Assembly (NCBI GenBank): GCA_963575745.1 | Contig: CAUYUJ010000126.1 | Location: 248,001-312,000 of the forward strand | DNA: 64,000 nt | From: Prorocentrum cordatum | Lineage: Eukaryota | Reading direction: 5' to 3' | In this document: in pieces, positions 38,061 to 50,963 of the stretch | Layout of the letters: each line of letters starts with the position of its first letter | Numbering within the stretch: position 1 is the first letter of the stretch | The notes under the pieces: generated by a model | What the model was told of the DNA's origin: nothing | Seen by the model: only the letters and a program-made list of their open reading frames with translations | Database searches by the model: none | Translations under genes and position numbers: made by a program

Positions 38061-39219
38061 GGACGGCCCCCGGGGGCCGAGGGCCGAGGGAAATCTCCGC
38101 CCGGCCTGGGAAAAGAGCAGGTCGTCGGAGACCTGGGCCTCTGCCTCACGGCGATGCCTCCCGCCCTCGTGCTCGGGAGTCGCCCAGTGGGCAGGCGCGA
38201 CGGGGACCAGCTCCAGGAGGGAAACTTCGAGCTGGTCAGCGGTGGACAAACCTCCCTTTAGTAAGCCTCCCCTTCGTGAAACGCGCCTGCGACCGATACC
38301 GACGCACCTGGACCCGTAAAAATGACGGCCGCGACGCCCTCTCGCGAACCGAAAACGGCCAATCCCTTAATCGACGTGTCAGGGTAGGAGGTCTATCCAC
38401 CTCCGAGCTCGGACCGGCGACGCGTCGACGATGCCGCGGCGGCAGGCCCCCGACGGCTAATCCGCACGCCCCTGAGCGGGGTGGGGCGATCGGGCCCATG
38501 TCGGCGATGAGTGGGAGACTGGGGCCGATGCCTTCCCCCCCGGAGCCTATCCCCTCCGAACGTTGACCCTGGAGGATGAGGAGAAAGAGCGCTCATCATC
38601 GCTTCCCTCTCCCAGCTCCCCCGCACGCGGGGGGGCGCAGCTTTGCGCACCGGTCAGAGGTTTCCCGACACCCAGCCATTGCTGCATGTCAGGGTTGGAG
38701 GAGGGGGAATGTGAGGATCAACCGGTGGCGGAGGAAGCTGGGGGGAGTCTGACCAACCCCTCGCGGCGGCAGCCACCGCTGGGGGGGGGCTCTCTCTGCC
38801 GCTTGACGCTTGACGCTCCCACCCACCAGCAACTGCTGAAGTTGAGTGCCTCACACACCCTCCCCCTCCTTCGCTTGCCTCCTCCATTCCTTCCTTCTCC
38901 CCCCCTCCAGGCTCCGCCGCCTCTGCGACCCTCCCCCAAGGGGTGGGTGATGAAGAGCACGAGTTGGAGAGCTGGAGGAGTACGAGGAGGAGGAGGATGC
39001 TTAATTGCCAATTGTTGTCCGCCCTCCCTGGTGGCAGAGCGCCGCCGGAGAGTTGATCACCTCCCCGGCAGCAACGCCCGCCGGCGGGGGGGAAGCAGCT
39101 CCGACTATCGGACCTAATGCCTGTAGCGCCAACGCCAGGAGGAGGCGGAGGAGGCGGAGGAACCCGCAGCCTGAAATTTATGCCGCCAATTCTAAGTCGG
39201 ATCGCTACGCCCTTTTTTG

Positions 39220-42157
39220 CCCAACCATCATGTGGTGTTGGGTCCTCGTTTTGAAGAGACACTGCCCCACGTCCCTCTCCTCTCGTTCTCCTCCTCCCCC
39301 TCCTCCCGCTTCTCCCTCCTCCAATCCCTGCCTCTGCCCTCCGCACCAACCAACAATTTCGGCACACCCCTCACACGCTTCGTGGCCCCATAAGGGGAGC
39401 TCCATCCAAGGCCGGAATGGTGCCGCCCGCGTGCGGTACCGCCACTAATTTCGGCACACCCCTCAAAAGCTTCGTGGTCCCATCGGGAGCCCCACCCAAT
39501 GCCCAAATACTGCCGCCCGCATACGTCCACGTCACCCATGTCGCCGCACCCATCACACGTTTCGTAACCCCGTAGGGACTTCCACCCACGGCTCATATGG
39601 TGCCGCCCGCATGCGTCCCGCCACTCATTTCGGCACACCCGTCACACGTTTCGTGGTCCATTTGGAGCTCCACCCAAGGTCCACCATTTGGTGCCCCCCG
39701 CATGCGTCCCCGCCACGCATGTCGGTAACCCCTCACACGTTTCGTGGCCCCATATGGAGCTCCACCCAAACCCAAATGGTGCCGCCCACATGCTTCCCCG
39801 CCACCCATTTCGACACACCCATCACACGCTCACACGTTTCGTGGCCCCATCGGGGGGGGGGCTCCACACGAGGCCCAAATGGTGCCGCCCGCATGCGTCC
39901 CCACCACACATGTCGGCAAACCCTTCACACGCTTCGTGGCCTCATACGGAGCTCCACCCAATGCTCATATTGCGCCGTCCACATGCGTCCCCGCCACGAA
40001 TTTCGGTACACCTCTCACACGCTTCGTGACCCCACATGGAGCTCCACCGAAGGCCCCAGTGGCTGCGTTCGCATGCTCCCGACGCACTTCTGTCGGCGCA
40101 CCCGTCTCGCGGCCCCACAGGAAGCTCCGCCGAAAGTCCCAGTGGCTGCGTTCGCGTGCGCCCGTCGCACCCATGTCGGCACACCCCTCAAGCGCTGCGT
40201 GGCCCCATAGTGAACTCCACCGAAGGCTCCAGTGGCGGTTTTCGCATGCGTCCAAGACACGCCCGTGTCGATGCATCCCTCACGCGTTTCGCGGCCCCAT
40301 GGGGAGCCCCTCCGAAGGCCCCAATGGCGGTGTTCGCATGCGTCCGCCCCAGCCATTTCGGTATACCCCTGGCACACTTCGCGGCCCCGTAGGGAGCGTC
40401 GCCGAATACCCTGGCGGCCGCGTTTGCGTGCGCTCACCGCGCCCATGGCGGTACATTCCTCACGCGTTTCGTGGCCCCTAGGGAGCTCCACCGAAGACAA
40501 ACTTCACAACTGCATACGGTTGGGTCCTTCGTCAGGCAAATTTCAGCCAGGACGCTACAAGCATTGCACTGCACTGAAAGTTAAGTCCGCCGCCAAAACA
40601 TATCCTGGCGAAGAACCCATCCATATGCAATTGTGCGTACCGTCGTTGTGCATATCGCGTTCAGCAGACCTCCTCATGGGGCCCTGGGCGGAGCTGCCTG
40701 TGGGCTACGACACGTGGGAACCATGTGAGGAAATGGGTAGGGGGCACATGCGAACGGTGGCGCTGGGACATTGGGTGGAGCTCCCTGTGGGGCCAAGGAA
40801 CCGTGTGAAGTGTCCCGAAATGACTAGGGAACCGCATGCACACGTCGCCACTGGAGCCTTCGGTGGAGCTCCCCACGGGGGCACTAAACGTGTACGGGGT
40901 GCGCCGTAATGGGTGGCGGGGACGCGTGCCGAGACAGCCGCTAGAGCCTTCGTTGAAGCTCCTTTGGGGCCAGCGTGTGAAGGCTGTGCCGAAATGGGTG
41001 GCGGGGACACGTGCGGACGGCGCCGCGTGGGGCCTTGAGTGGAGCTCCCTAAGGGGCGCGTGTGCGGTGTGTGCCGACATGGGAGGCCGGGGCGCATACG
41101 AACGGCGCCATTGGAGCCACGAAGCGTGTGAGGGGCGTGTCGAAATGAGCGGCGGGGGCGCGGACGGACAGAACCATTGATGAAGCCACGAAACGTGCGA
41201 GGGGTGTGCCGAAATCGACGGCGGGGACGCATGCGGGCGGCACCATTTGGGCCTTGGGTGGAGCTCCCAAATGGGGCCACAAAACATGTGAGGGGTTTAC
41301 CAAAATGGGTGGCGGGGGCGCATGCGGGCTGAACCATTTGGCCCTTGGGTGGAGCTCCCCATGGGACCACGAAACGGGTGAGGGGCGTACAGACATGGGT
41401 TGCGGGGGCGCATGCGGGCGGCACCATTTGGGCCTTGGGTGAAGCCCCCTATGGGGCCACGAAACGGAGGAGGGATGTGCTGAAATGGGCGGCGGGCACG
41501 CGTGCGGGCTGCAACACTAGGACCTTGGGTGGAGCTCCCCATGGGCCCAGGAAGCGCGTGAGGGGCGTGCCGAAATGGGTGGCGGGGACGCATGCGGGCG
41601 CCGCCATTTTGGCTTTGGGTGGAGCTCCCTATAGGGCCACGAAACGTGTGATGGGTGCGCCGAAATGGACTGCGGGGCCGCATGCGGGCGGCAGCATTGA
41701 GGCCTTGGTTGGATCTCCCCATGGGGCCACGAAGCGTGTGAGGGGTGTGCCGAAATTGATGGCGGGGGCGCATGCAGACATCACCAATTGGGCCTTGGGT
41801 GGCGCTCCCCATGGGGCCACGAAACGTGTGAAGGGTATGCCGAAATCGGCGGCGGGGACGCATGCGGGCGGCACCATTTGGGCCTTGGGTGGAGCTCCCT
41901 ATGTGGCCACAAAACATGTGAGGGGTTTACCGAAATCGGCGGCGGGGACGCATGCGGGCGGCACCATTTGGGCCTTGGGTGGAGCTCCCCCTATAGGGCC
42001 ACGAAACGCGTGAGGGATGTGCCGAAATTGTTGACTTGTGCGGAGGGCAGAGGCAGGGATGGGAGGAGGGAGGAGTGGGAGGAGGAGGAGGCGGAGGAGC
42101 GGAGACGCCGGGCGCTGCCTCTTCCAAACGAGGACCCAACACCACAGGATGGTTTGG
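39220..42157. mobile_element. Foldback-like structure: two inverted minisatellite arms with matching termini around a ~170-bp unique spacer
   Basis: Left end cccaaccatcatgtggtgttgggtcctcgttttgaagag is the near reverse complement of the right end ctcttccaaacgaggacccaacaccacaggatggtttgg. The 90-bp units are minus-oriented at 39355-40497 and plus-oriented at 40672-42028. Confidence 0.85.
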
Positions 42158-43280
42158 AACAGAGGAGGCGGCAAAGGAGGCGAGGCGAGGCTGCGGAAGA
42201 CTGGGCGCGGCCTGTCTGTCATCTCCAGCTCCGCGCCGGCGGCGGACGTGCACGCGTCCATGCACGAGCTGAGGGCCATCTCCATGGCCTCGCGGGCGTC
42301 GCGCTTGCGGGCGCTTTGCGGGCCATGGGGGGCGGGCGGGTCTGGGGGCGGCCCCCCTCCCCCTGGCGAGGGGAGCGGTGGGAGCGGGTGGAGGGGTCTG
42401 CAGAAGGGGGAGGGGGGGCAGCAACGAATCCCGGCCAACGAAATCTCGGCCAGGGGGAATTCGGCCAGGCTGGATTCGGCCCGGGCCGAGCTGAGCCTGG
42501 CCGATTTCAGCTGGCCGAAATCAGCCTGACCGAGTTTGGCGTGGCCGAGTCTTTCCCTTGCCGAGGGGAGGAGGGAACAGAGAGAGTCGTCGTTTCTCTC
42601 ACGCTCCCGCCCCTGCACATGCAGCGCGGCGTCCGCCAGCGCTCCATGCTTCCGGGGCCGTCGTCCATTCTTCGGCACACGGTTGGCCGGCCGATCTCGC
42701 CTGCGCCACGTCCAAGGGCCATGACTCCTGGGCCGTCGCCTCGTCTCAATCGCAGGGGTGGGCTCGCGCGTGCTGGCGACCTCGCCGATGCTCCGAGCGC
42801 CACAAAACTGCCCCGCCACGAAGGTGGTGCCTCGAGGGGGCAGAGGTCAACTGGGGGCCCCTGCGACAGCGGACACGGCGGCAACGCGGACTTCTGTGGC
42901 GGCGGTGGCGACGGACGACGGCGGCGGAGGCGACAGCGGCGACGACGGCAGCGAGGACGGCGGTGGCGGCGGCGACGAAGACCACGGCGGCGGCGGCGGC
43001 GGCGGCATCGGCGACGATCGGCGACGGCGCCTCGTCGCAGCCCGCCGACGCCAGCGAGGCGGTCACGCCCCGGAAGAGGGACTGCGCGCCCTCCAGGCTG
43101 CACCAGAACTGCGCCCGCCACGGCGCGGCGGCGCGGCGCGGGGGGGAGCAGTCGCCGGTCGTCGCCGCGGCCGCCGCCCGGCGTCGCCGTCGGGGTCGTC
43201 TTCGTCCTGCCCTCCCGCAGGGGGGGGGGGGGGCGGGAGGCGCTGCGCCGCTGCCTCCAAGGTCAGGGGGCGCTGGAGAG

Positions 43281-43491
43281 TTAGGAGGCAACTGCTGGGA
43301 GGTCTTCGTCGGAAAGATTAAGGAGAATTAAGCCCCAGTCCGGGGCCGTTGCGCCAGAGTGGGCCTCGGATTGAGCGGGATTAGGCCGGATTAAGCGGGA
43401 TTGAGCCGGATTAAGCGGGATGACGCGGGATTAAGCCGGATTAAGGACCAGGGCAAAATCAGAATTTGACCTCCCAGGAGTTGCATCCGAA
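43281..43491. mobile_element. 211-bp MITE with 24-bp TIRs, 6-bp TSD and internal 10-mer repeats
   Basis: ttaggaggcaactgctgggaggtc / gacctcccaggagttgcatccgaa (3 mismatches). ggagag at 43275-80 and 43492-97. (ggattaagcc/g)n inside. Confidence 0.8.
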
Positions 43492-43875
43492 GGAGAGCGT
43501 CGGCACAGCTCTGCCCCCCAGGTCATCGTGCGCTCGTACCCCCTGCCAGACTGAGGGAGGCGCAGGGGCGCGCTGCGCCATCGGCATCGACATGCACGGG
43601 GGACCAGTGTACTTCAAGCACACGCCATTTTTCTTGTGATATCCCTCGTCGTCTGTCTCGCTCCCCCCTTCTCCCCTCGAAGAAGAAAGGGGCATGCGCA
43701 TGAACTTCCGAAGCGCGTGCATTTCTTTGATCGGCGCTTGGCCCCTCCGGGATGCGCGGAGCGCGCCAGGGGCGGCTATTGAGGCGCCGCCAGGGGGCCA
43801 AGCGCATGTCCAGAAAATCCGCGCGGACCTCCGAAAGTCTATGCTTGAGCCCCGCTTCCTCCTTCGGCGCCCCCC

Positions 43876-44001
43876 CCTCCTCCTCCTCCTCCTCCTCCTC
43901 CTCCTCCTCCTCCTCCTCCTCCTCCTCCTCCTCCTCCTCCTCCTCCTCCTCCTGCTCTTCCCTCCTCCTGGTCATCTGCCTCCTCCTCCTCCTCTTCCTC
44001 C
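43876..44001. repeat. (CCT)n microsatellite, 5' flank of the intact LINE
   Basis: Direct reading. Confidence 0.97.
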
Positions 44002-44023
44002 TCCGTAGCCATCTTGGCTCAAG
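44002..44023 (+). other. DinoSL at the first nucleotide of the retrotransposon (21/22)
   Basis: TCCGTAGCCATCTTGGCTCAAG versus DCCGTAGCCATTTTGGCTCAAG. Confidence 0.95.
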
Positions 44024-44163
44024 ATGCCTAGTTCCGCAGGGGAACAAGTGGATACCGCTAGTCCGCGGCCAGTGCCAGGGCTCTCTAGCCCGACAGTTTT
44101 GTTCAACACTCCGTGTGCCTCCTGCTGCCCGCAGGTGAGCTTTCTCTGTTCCTCAGCTCGTCC

Positions 44164-45389
44164 ATGGCGCCTCCGCAGCAGCGCAGCGGCTACGTCAAGT
44201 GCTACTCCTGCTCGTACGCCTGGAACTGGAAGACCAAGCAGACGTGCTACTGGTGTGGCAAAGCTTTGGCGCCGTGGACAGATGCCCCGCCTCCGGTGCA
44301 AGGTGCTTGGGCGGCCCGTGTCTCAGCCGCAGCCCAGGCCGAGGCCAAGTGCACCCAGCAGTCCAGCCCCGAGGGAGGTTGGGAGCCGTGGTCATCATGG
44401 CCCAATTCCCGCCGCCGCCGTGGCAAGGGCAACGGCAAGGACCAAGACGACGACTGGTGGGCCAGCAAGAACGACACCCCCAAGGCTCGCTCCGCCGAGG
44501 ACATCTTGGCGGAGCTCCAGGCGATCGCCCCCCACATCGACAAGGCAGCCATTGACGGCATCAAGTCGCAGATTCCGCCGCCCCAGCCGCAGAAGCCAGC
44601 CGACCTCAACGACATCTACAGCCGCGCCCAGGCTACGGAGCGCCGCTGCAAGAACAACCTGGAGAGGCTGCTGGAGAGCGAGCAGAAGGCGCTCAGCTGG
44701 TACACAGAGCGCAAGCAGGCGTCGGAGGAGGCCGCCTACAAGTTGGCTGAAGCCCAGGCGGAGGCCCAAGCGGCTCTCGACGCACTCCAAGCCGCCCGCA
44801 AGGGCGGCACAGCTACTTCTACGCCGTCGCAGCAGAACCCGACCTTCAACCTCACCAGCCTCCTCGAGGACGGCGACATCTCCATCGAAGCGGGTGCAGC
44901 GTTCGATCTCCAAGGCCTCGACATCGACGACAGCGACCGCCAGGCATGGGAATCCCTGCAACAGCGCTTTGCCACGGAGCTCAAGGCCAAGGTCACTGAG
45001 CTCTTCGGCAACACCGCCAGCCGCATCAGCCAGCTCCGAGCAGAGGCCAGCACCATGCGCACGCGCTTCGCCTCCAAGCGGCAGCGCGCTGACGAGGATG
45101 GGCACGCCAGAGAGGGAGGTGGATCACCGCCCGCCGCCTCGGCTGCAGCAGGCGAACCCCCAGCGGCAGCCGCAGCGGATGCTGAGGGCACTGCGCCCTC
45201 TCCGCCAGCGGCGCCAAGCGATGAGCCTCCCGCACCTGCTGCTGGCGTTTCTTCTGACGGCGGCTACGCCACACTGCCTGTACCTGCACTCAAAAGGACC
45301 CCGACCTCGAAGACAAGGCACAGAAGATGCTCAACCAGATGCGCAAGCCCACTGCTGCCGCCGCCGCTGGACCGCAGCAGCCTCTTTAG
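44164..45389 (+). CDS. LINE ORF1: RanBP2-like Zn finger and coiled coil (end inferred across a 1-nt frameshift at ~45292)
   Basis: MAPPQQRSGYVKCYSCSYAWNWKTKQTCYWCG; heptad region ERRCKNNLERLLE...QAALDALQAA. The -1 frame from 45291 gives KDPDLEDKAQKMLNQMRK...PL* (TAG 45387-89). As assembled, the frame instead runs on into the endonuclease. Confidence 0.7.
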
Positions 45390-45480
45390 CCGACTACAAC
45401 CCGACCCTGGACGGAATGGTGAGACGGGGCGCCTACCGTCAGAGACCACGATCTACGACAACCCACCAATCATCAACACA

Positions 45481-48400
45481 ATGGACGCAGTCCTCGACCC
45501 GTTCGACGAGCTGGCCGAGTTGGACGCCCACATCGATTTCGCAGTTTCCGAGCAGTACGCTACCGCCCCGCCCGAGACGCTGTCCTCGGTAGGGGGCGAT
45601 GAGGCGGCACAGACCGTCGACCCCGTGGTATGGGACCCAGGGCAGCCGCAGCGTGCTACGCGGTCCGACCCTGATGCCGCTCCGCCCGAGACGCTGTCCT
45701 CGGTAGGGAGCGATGAGACGGCGCAAGCTGTCGACGTGCATGTGGTACAGGAACCAGGGGAGCCGTCGCCAAAGGCAAACCCTGATGCCGCCCCGCCCAA
45801 GACGCAGCCCTTGGTAGGGGGCGATGAGATCGCGAAAGCTGTCGACACGCCCGCAGGGAAAGGGCCATGGAAGCCCAGCAGCCCGAGAGCCGACCCTAGT
45901 CCCGCCTACCAAGACGAAGGCCCTACGAAGCCCCCGCTGTCAGACCATTCCCTGTTCTTCTCCAACATTACTCAATGGGGACCACAGTCGGAGAAATGGT
46001 TGGCAGGACCAGGCAAGCAATATCAGATGGTAGCATTAGTTGAAACACACATCTCGCCTGGAAAAGCGCCGCCCATGTACGACAAACTAGCAGCGGATGG
46101 TTGGAGAATATCATCGACTACGGCCACTCCTACCAGTAGATCAGACGGCGGCAACACGGGTGGCGAGATCATCTTATCCAGGTACCATGTCCAGGCCACC
46201 ACGTTCAACCACCTCCGTGACCTTGCCATTTCCCAGCGCAGGCCTGACCCGTTCCTCGGCTTCACGCCCATGGTATGGCACAGACGTTCTGGCAACTTGG
46301 TTGTTATTGCCGCGTATCTGGAACCCCACAGGCAGATCGAGGGTGCAGTACACGATAAGCTACTTTCGCTGGGAGCGTTCGTTACTATGCTCACAGACCC
46401 TTGGATCATCCTGGCCGATTGGAACATGACACCTGAGCAGCTTGCAGCGACAGAGTGGCTCGCCAAATGGAATGCTACCATCGTGCGAGCACCTGGATCC
46501 GCCACTTGCGACAAGGGCCAGGGACTCACGCTTGATTTCGCATTGGTCAAGACTGGCATCGAGCACACGATCTCCATTCGCCAGTGCCCCACAGTACCCT
46601 GGGCCACCCACGTTGGCCTTGAAGTTCGAGCAGGCAGTGCAGACCCCTGGTGGTATCAGTCGATCGATACCCCCAAGTCCTTCCCCATAGTGGACAGACC
46701 CAGGATTCCGCCAGACCCCAACAGCAAGACCGCCATCAAGAAACGTAAAACAGCTGAAGCTCGAGCAGCACGTCTCCGTGATCTACCTCCTGAACTCCAA
46801 CAAGCAGCAGCACAGCTTCAGCCACAAGGCGAGCCCGCAGCACAGGAACCTATCCCCTACGCCATCCCGATGGACTTGCGGGAAAACAATGGCAGGAAGC
46901 GGTACCCACACGTTGTAAGCAGCCACACGCGCACTTCGTGTACAGACACTGGGTGCACGACGCCGACGTCCTCAACCTCAAGTACGCCAAATGGGTCACG
47001 GCGCTCGAGAACACCATGATCAGCCACCACCAGATTGACCCGAAGGCAGCTGCAACATACACTGGCCGAGCTCAGGGCTACCAGTTATCTTGGAAGAAGA
47101 CAGCTGCTGCCCCAGGCCGCGTACACGTACACGACCCACATTCGGAATGGTGGGCAATTACGCTCACCCTCATCAAGCGCTACGCCGCGCTTCACGACAA
47201 GCCCAAGCACGCAGCGCTTATGCAGCAGCAGGCCACCATCATCCAGCAGCGCGCGGACCACTTCAACACTCACATGCACGACCTTCAGTTCGAGAAGGAT
47301 GAGGACACCATCTTCCGCTGGTTTGCGCTCGTCTGGGCCCCGCACCTGGACAAGGATGACACCGACGACTTGGTCACCATTACCGCTACCTGGGCCTCCA
47401 GAGCCCTCTCGGCCGCCCTCGCCAAGTCCAAGAGGGCCTACGGGGCTTGGCTCGCCCAGCAATGGAAGCACCGCCCTGGAGTACTACACGCCCATGTCAA
47501 GCCAGCACCCGCACGTCACATCGAGGCCTACACGGCCAACCTGACCATCGCTGACCCCGCCGTCATCATGGACAACAAGAAGCAACAATGGCAGCAAGTA
47601 TGGCAAGCCACCGAGACCTCCGACGACATCCTCCAGGCCCTGTCAAAGGCCAAGGCAGCAGCTGCTCATCAACCGCTCGAGCCCATCACAGCCGAGATCG
47701 TACACCGCATTCACGGCCGCATGCCACCCAGTAAAGCACACGGAGTTGACGCCCTAGGACCTCGCGACCTCCATCGATTACCAGAACCAGCAGTCGAAGC
47801 TTATGCAGATATCCTCAACTCAGTGGAGCAAGCAGGCATCTGGCCACTACAAATTTCAGGCACCATTGCAGCTCTCGCCGCCAAGAAGTCTGGAGGCGAC
47901 AGGGTCCTCGGCATGCTCCCTCATATGGCCAGACTCTGGTCTCGCATTAGATCTACCGCATCGGCAGCCTGGACGCAAGGTCTGGACGACTTTTGGACTA
48001 CAGCCATCAAAGGCTCTTCAGCTCTCCAAGCCGCCCTACATAGGGCCTTGTTAGACGAGACAGCCTCAGCACTTGGCATACAGTCGGCCACCTTGCTATT
48101 AGACATCCAGAAATTCTACGACAATATCAAGCTCGCCAACCTCATCATGGTCGGCCTCAACTGCGGCTTTCCCCCCATCCTTCTATTATTGGAGGTGCAG
48201 CTATACCTGGCGCCCAGATTCTTGCGCAGTCGGCAATGGGTGAGTATGCCTATCTTCGCCTCCAAAGGCATCATTGCAGGCTCCCCTCACGGCACCACCC
48301 TGGCACGACTTATTTTGCTACCAATTATTCGACAAGCCCAAGCTCAGGCAGAGCTTGCCCAGGTGTGGACCTTCGTCGACGACACTGCTCTTCGAGTCGA

Positions 48401-50876
48401 AGGAGTCCTACGTGCTTTACAGAAGCACCTCTCCCGTGCCGCCAGGACGCTCTGCGACGGATTAAAGGAGTTCGAGCTGCCTATCTCAGACAAGACCGTC
48501 CTCATCGGCTCCACTCCCAAGGTCCGCCACTCGCTAGCCAAGAAGATGCGACAGTACGACATCCCAGTTACTGCGACCTCCACGGCCGTCGACCTTGGAG
48601 TTGACGCGGCCGCGGCTACTCGACGTGTACAAGCCAAAGCCGGGAAGCGACAGATCTCAGCCACAGCCAGGTTTCGCAAGATACACCGACTACGGAGCAC
48701 TGCACAGCAGGCCCGAATCTCAGCTGGACTGTGGCGCACTGGTGCTCTCCCAGAAGGAGTATTCGGTCATCAGGTTCACGGCCTCGCTCGGCACGCTCTA
48801 CTACGCTGGCGGCGTCAGGCCGCCATTGCAGCCACGGGCGCTGCCGCAGGCCGATGCCTCGCCTCCCTCCTCGGCGCCACTTTTGACGGCATGGGCCCAG
48901 GAGTTTCCCTAAGGATCGAGTTCATCGAGGCTTGGCTTCAGCGCTGGATGCGCCACCCGAGCACGCACGCCAGGATCATCAGAGCCTGGCCAAGGATCAA
49001 GACCACCTTGCTCGCCGCTGGCCCCAAGCTGTGGTGCGAGGTCAAGGGCCCCACAGGCGCGGCCATCGCGACCCTGCTGGAGGCTAGTTGGGAGCCGACC
49101 TCAGCTACCAAGTGGAGGCGTACGAAGGACGGCTACATCGAGGAGTGGAACCTCCCCCCTGCCGACGACCCCGACCTCCTCGACGCCGACATTCACACAG
49201 TATTGCAGGACCTCTGCGAGGATTTACACAGGCTCCTCTGGACGCAGGCCGCTACGCATGCCCATGGAGACACGCTGGCTGGAGGCGCAGACATGGTCAC
49301 TATCCGCATTGAACAAAGGAGGTTCCTCGCAAACGGCGACTTCAGCGACTGGGCCCTCAACAACACCATCATCAGCGGAGGACAGTGGACCAGAGACCGC
49401 CTCCACAACGCGGGCTACCAGATCGACAGGAACTGCGACCGCTGCAACGCTGGAGTTCCTGAAACCTTGTTTGACCGAATGTGGCAGTGCGAGGCGAACG
49501 TTGGGCCCGAGTTTGAGGCCAGCGACGAGCTACTGCCGCGAGCCTTGGCGGGGGCCGACGCCGACCCCGCCTTGTGGCTCCGTGGCATTCCCTCTGTTGC
49601 TCTCACTACGCCCACGTTCGAGCCATTGACTGGGAGGGACGGGTGGGAGTTTGTTGGTGCGGTGCGGGAGGGTTTGCCGTCCTGGGAAGGTGCTCGTAAC
49701 GCAGAGGGTGAGTTGTTTCTTTTTGGTGACGGGTCTGGCGGTGCCTTTTCTGACGACGTCAGGCGACGTCGCGTCGGATCTGGCCTCGCGGCCCTCCGTT
49801 GGAACCCTCCCTCGGCCTCCTGGACCCTCCGCGCGGGCCTCCTTGCCCCCCTCCCAGGCCCCCGCCAGACCGTCCCAAGAGGAGAATTATATGCGTTTTG
49901 CCTGGCACTAGAGACGTGCCATCAGGATTTCACGTTTGTTACCGATCACCTAGCCTTGCAGCGTGGTTGGCAGAATGGCAGATGTCTCAGGCCAGGCAGC
50001 CTCAGAGGTAAGAATAAGAATGGAGATCTCTGGCTGAGAATTCGGCATCTCGTGCAGGATCGACCTTGCGGCGTCTCCTCGGTCACGGTGCTCTGGACCC
50101 CATCTCATGCCGATCCCCAGACTCTTCACGGTTTTCAGAAATTCCTAGCTCTCGGCAATCAGCAAGCCGATGAGCTTGCGGGAAGCGCGGCCCACAAGTC
50201 GGCCACCCTTGCCCTCCCGCCTGTGCCCAGGACTGACGAATACGATGCTATCGCAGCGATTGTCCGACAGCGGGCACGACTAATCCTACGTTCCTTAGGA
50301 AAGAATTCAGAGCCTCGAGGACTGTGGCCAGAGAGGCAACCCACGCAGGAGGCAGCCCCTCGTTCTCTGTTGCAGACCGCGATCGCGGCTTCACAGCACA
50401 AATTCGAGCGGTGTGCAGACAAATGGCGATGCTGTGCCTGCCTCATCATCGTCGATGCTTGCCAGGTTATTCCAGCCGCCGCCACGGAGTGTGTACCGCC
50501 TTGCCCCCTTCCCGAGTTTGCTGCTTGTGGCGAGGTGCTGTGGTCGAGGGGTCCCCGTGTGATCAGTGGCAAGGCGATACACCCCTCCCACACGTTGGCC
50601 ACCATCCCCAAGTGGCAAATGTTCTTCTGCGTGAAGTGCGGCCATACGGCCATACACCAGGTCAAAAGCTTACAGTTCCCTTGCCCTCTCACCCACCAAG
50701 TGGGAGAGCGCAGGGCCCTGGGACCCACTGGCAAAGGCCTCGAAAACCTCAGCAGGATCAGGCGAGGCCTCCATCCGTCCAGATCGGGTCCCAGCAAGTC
50801 TGTTCTAGAGGCTATGCATGTTTCGGCAGCCGAAGCCGCGATCGTTTCTCACGCGGCTGGCGCTGCCTCTGAGTAA
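45481..50876 (+). CDS. LINE ORF2 polyprotein: APE endonuclease, RT, zf-RVT, RNase H, C-terminal Cys/His fingers (one frameshift at ~46883; start codon inferred)
   Basis: APE: FSNIT, LVETH, AAYLEP, ILADWN, TLDF, WATH. RT: KAHGVD, DRVLGML, LLDIQKFYD, GIIAGSP, FVDD (48372-83). CDRC...ETL...WQC. RNase H: FGDGSG, RGELYA, VTDH, NGDLW, WTPSH, GNQQADELA. Then WRCCAC and HPSH...FCVKCG. Confidence 0.92.
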
Positions 50877-50884
50877 ATTGCGAG

Positions 50885-50963
50885 GCCAGGGGGGCCTGTC
50901 GCGGTGTGCCGTGGGATGTCGCCCCCCACGGCTCTCCGAGAAATTCTGGATGGCCCCCCTGGC
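50885..50963 (+). other. Structured 3' UTR element of the LINE
   Basis: Perfect 12-bp stem gccaggggggcc (50885-96) / ggcccccctggc (50952-63) enclosing an 8-bp hairpin gccgtggg/cccacggc and a tccgagaa/ttctgga hairpin. Confidence 0.75.

Noticed and set aside
44002..44060. SL RNA gene at 44002 or 36468
   Set aside because: Neither SL is followed by an SL-RNA intron and T-rich terminator; both lead into a UTR and ORF.
44113..47019. 968-aa ORF as a single host gene
   Set aside because: It is LINE ORF1 run into the APE domain, and its tail is out of frame with the RT.
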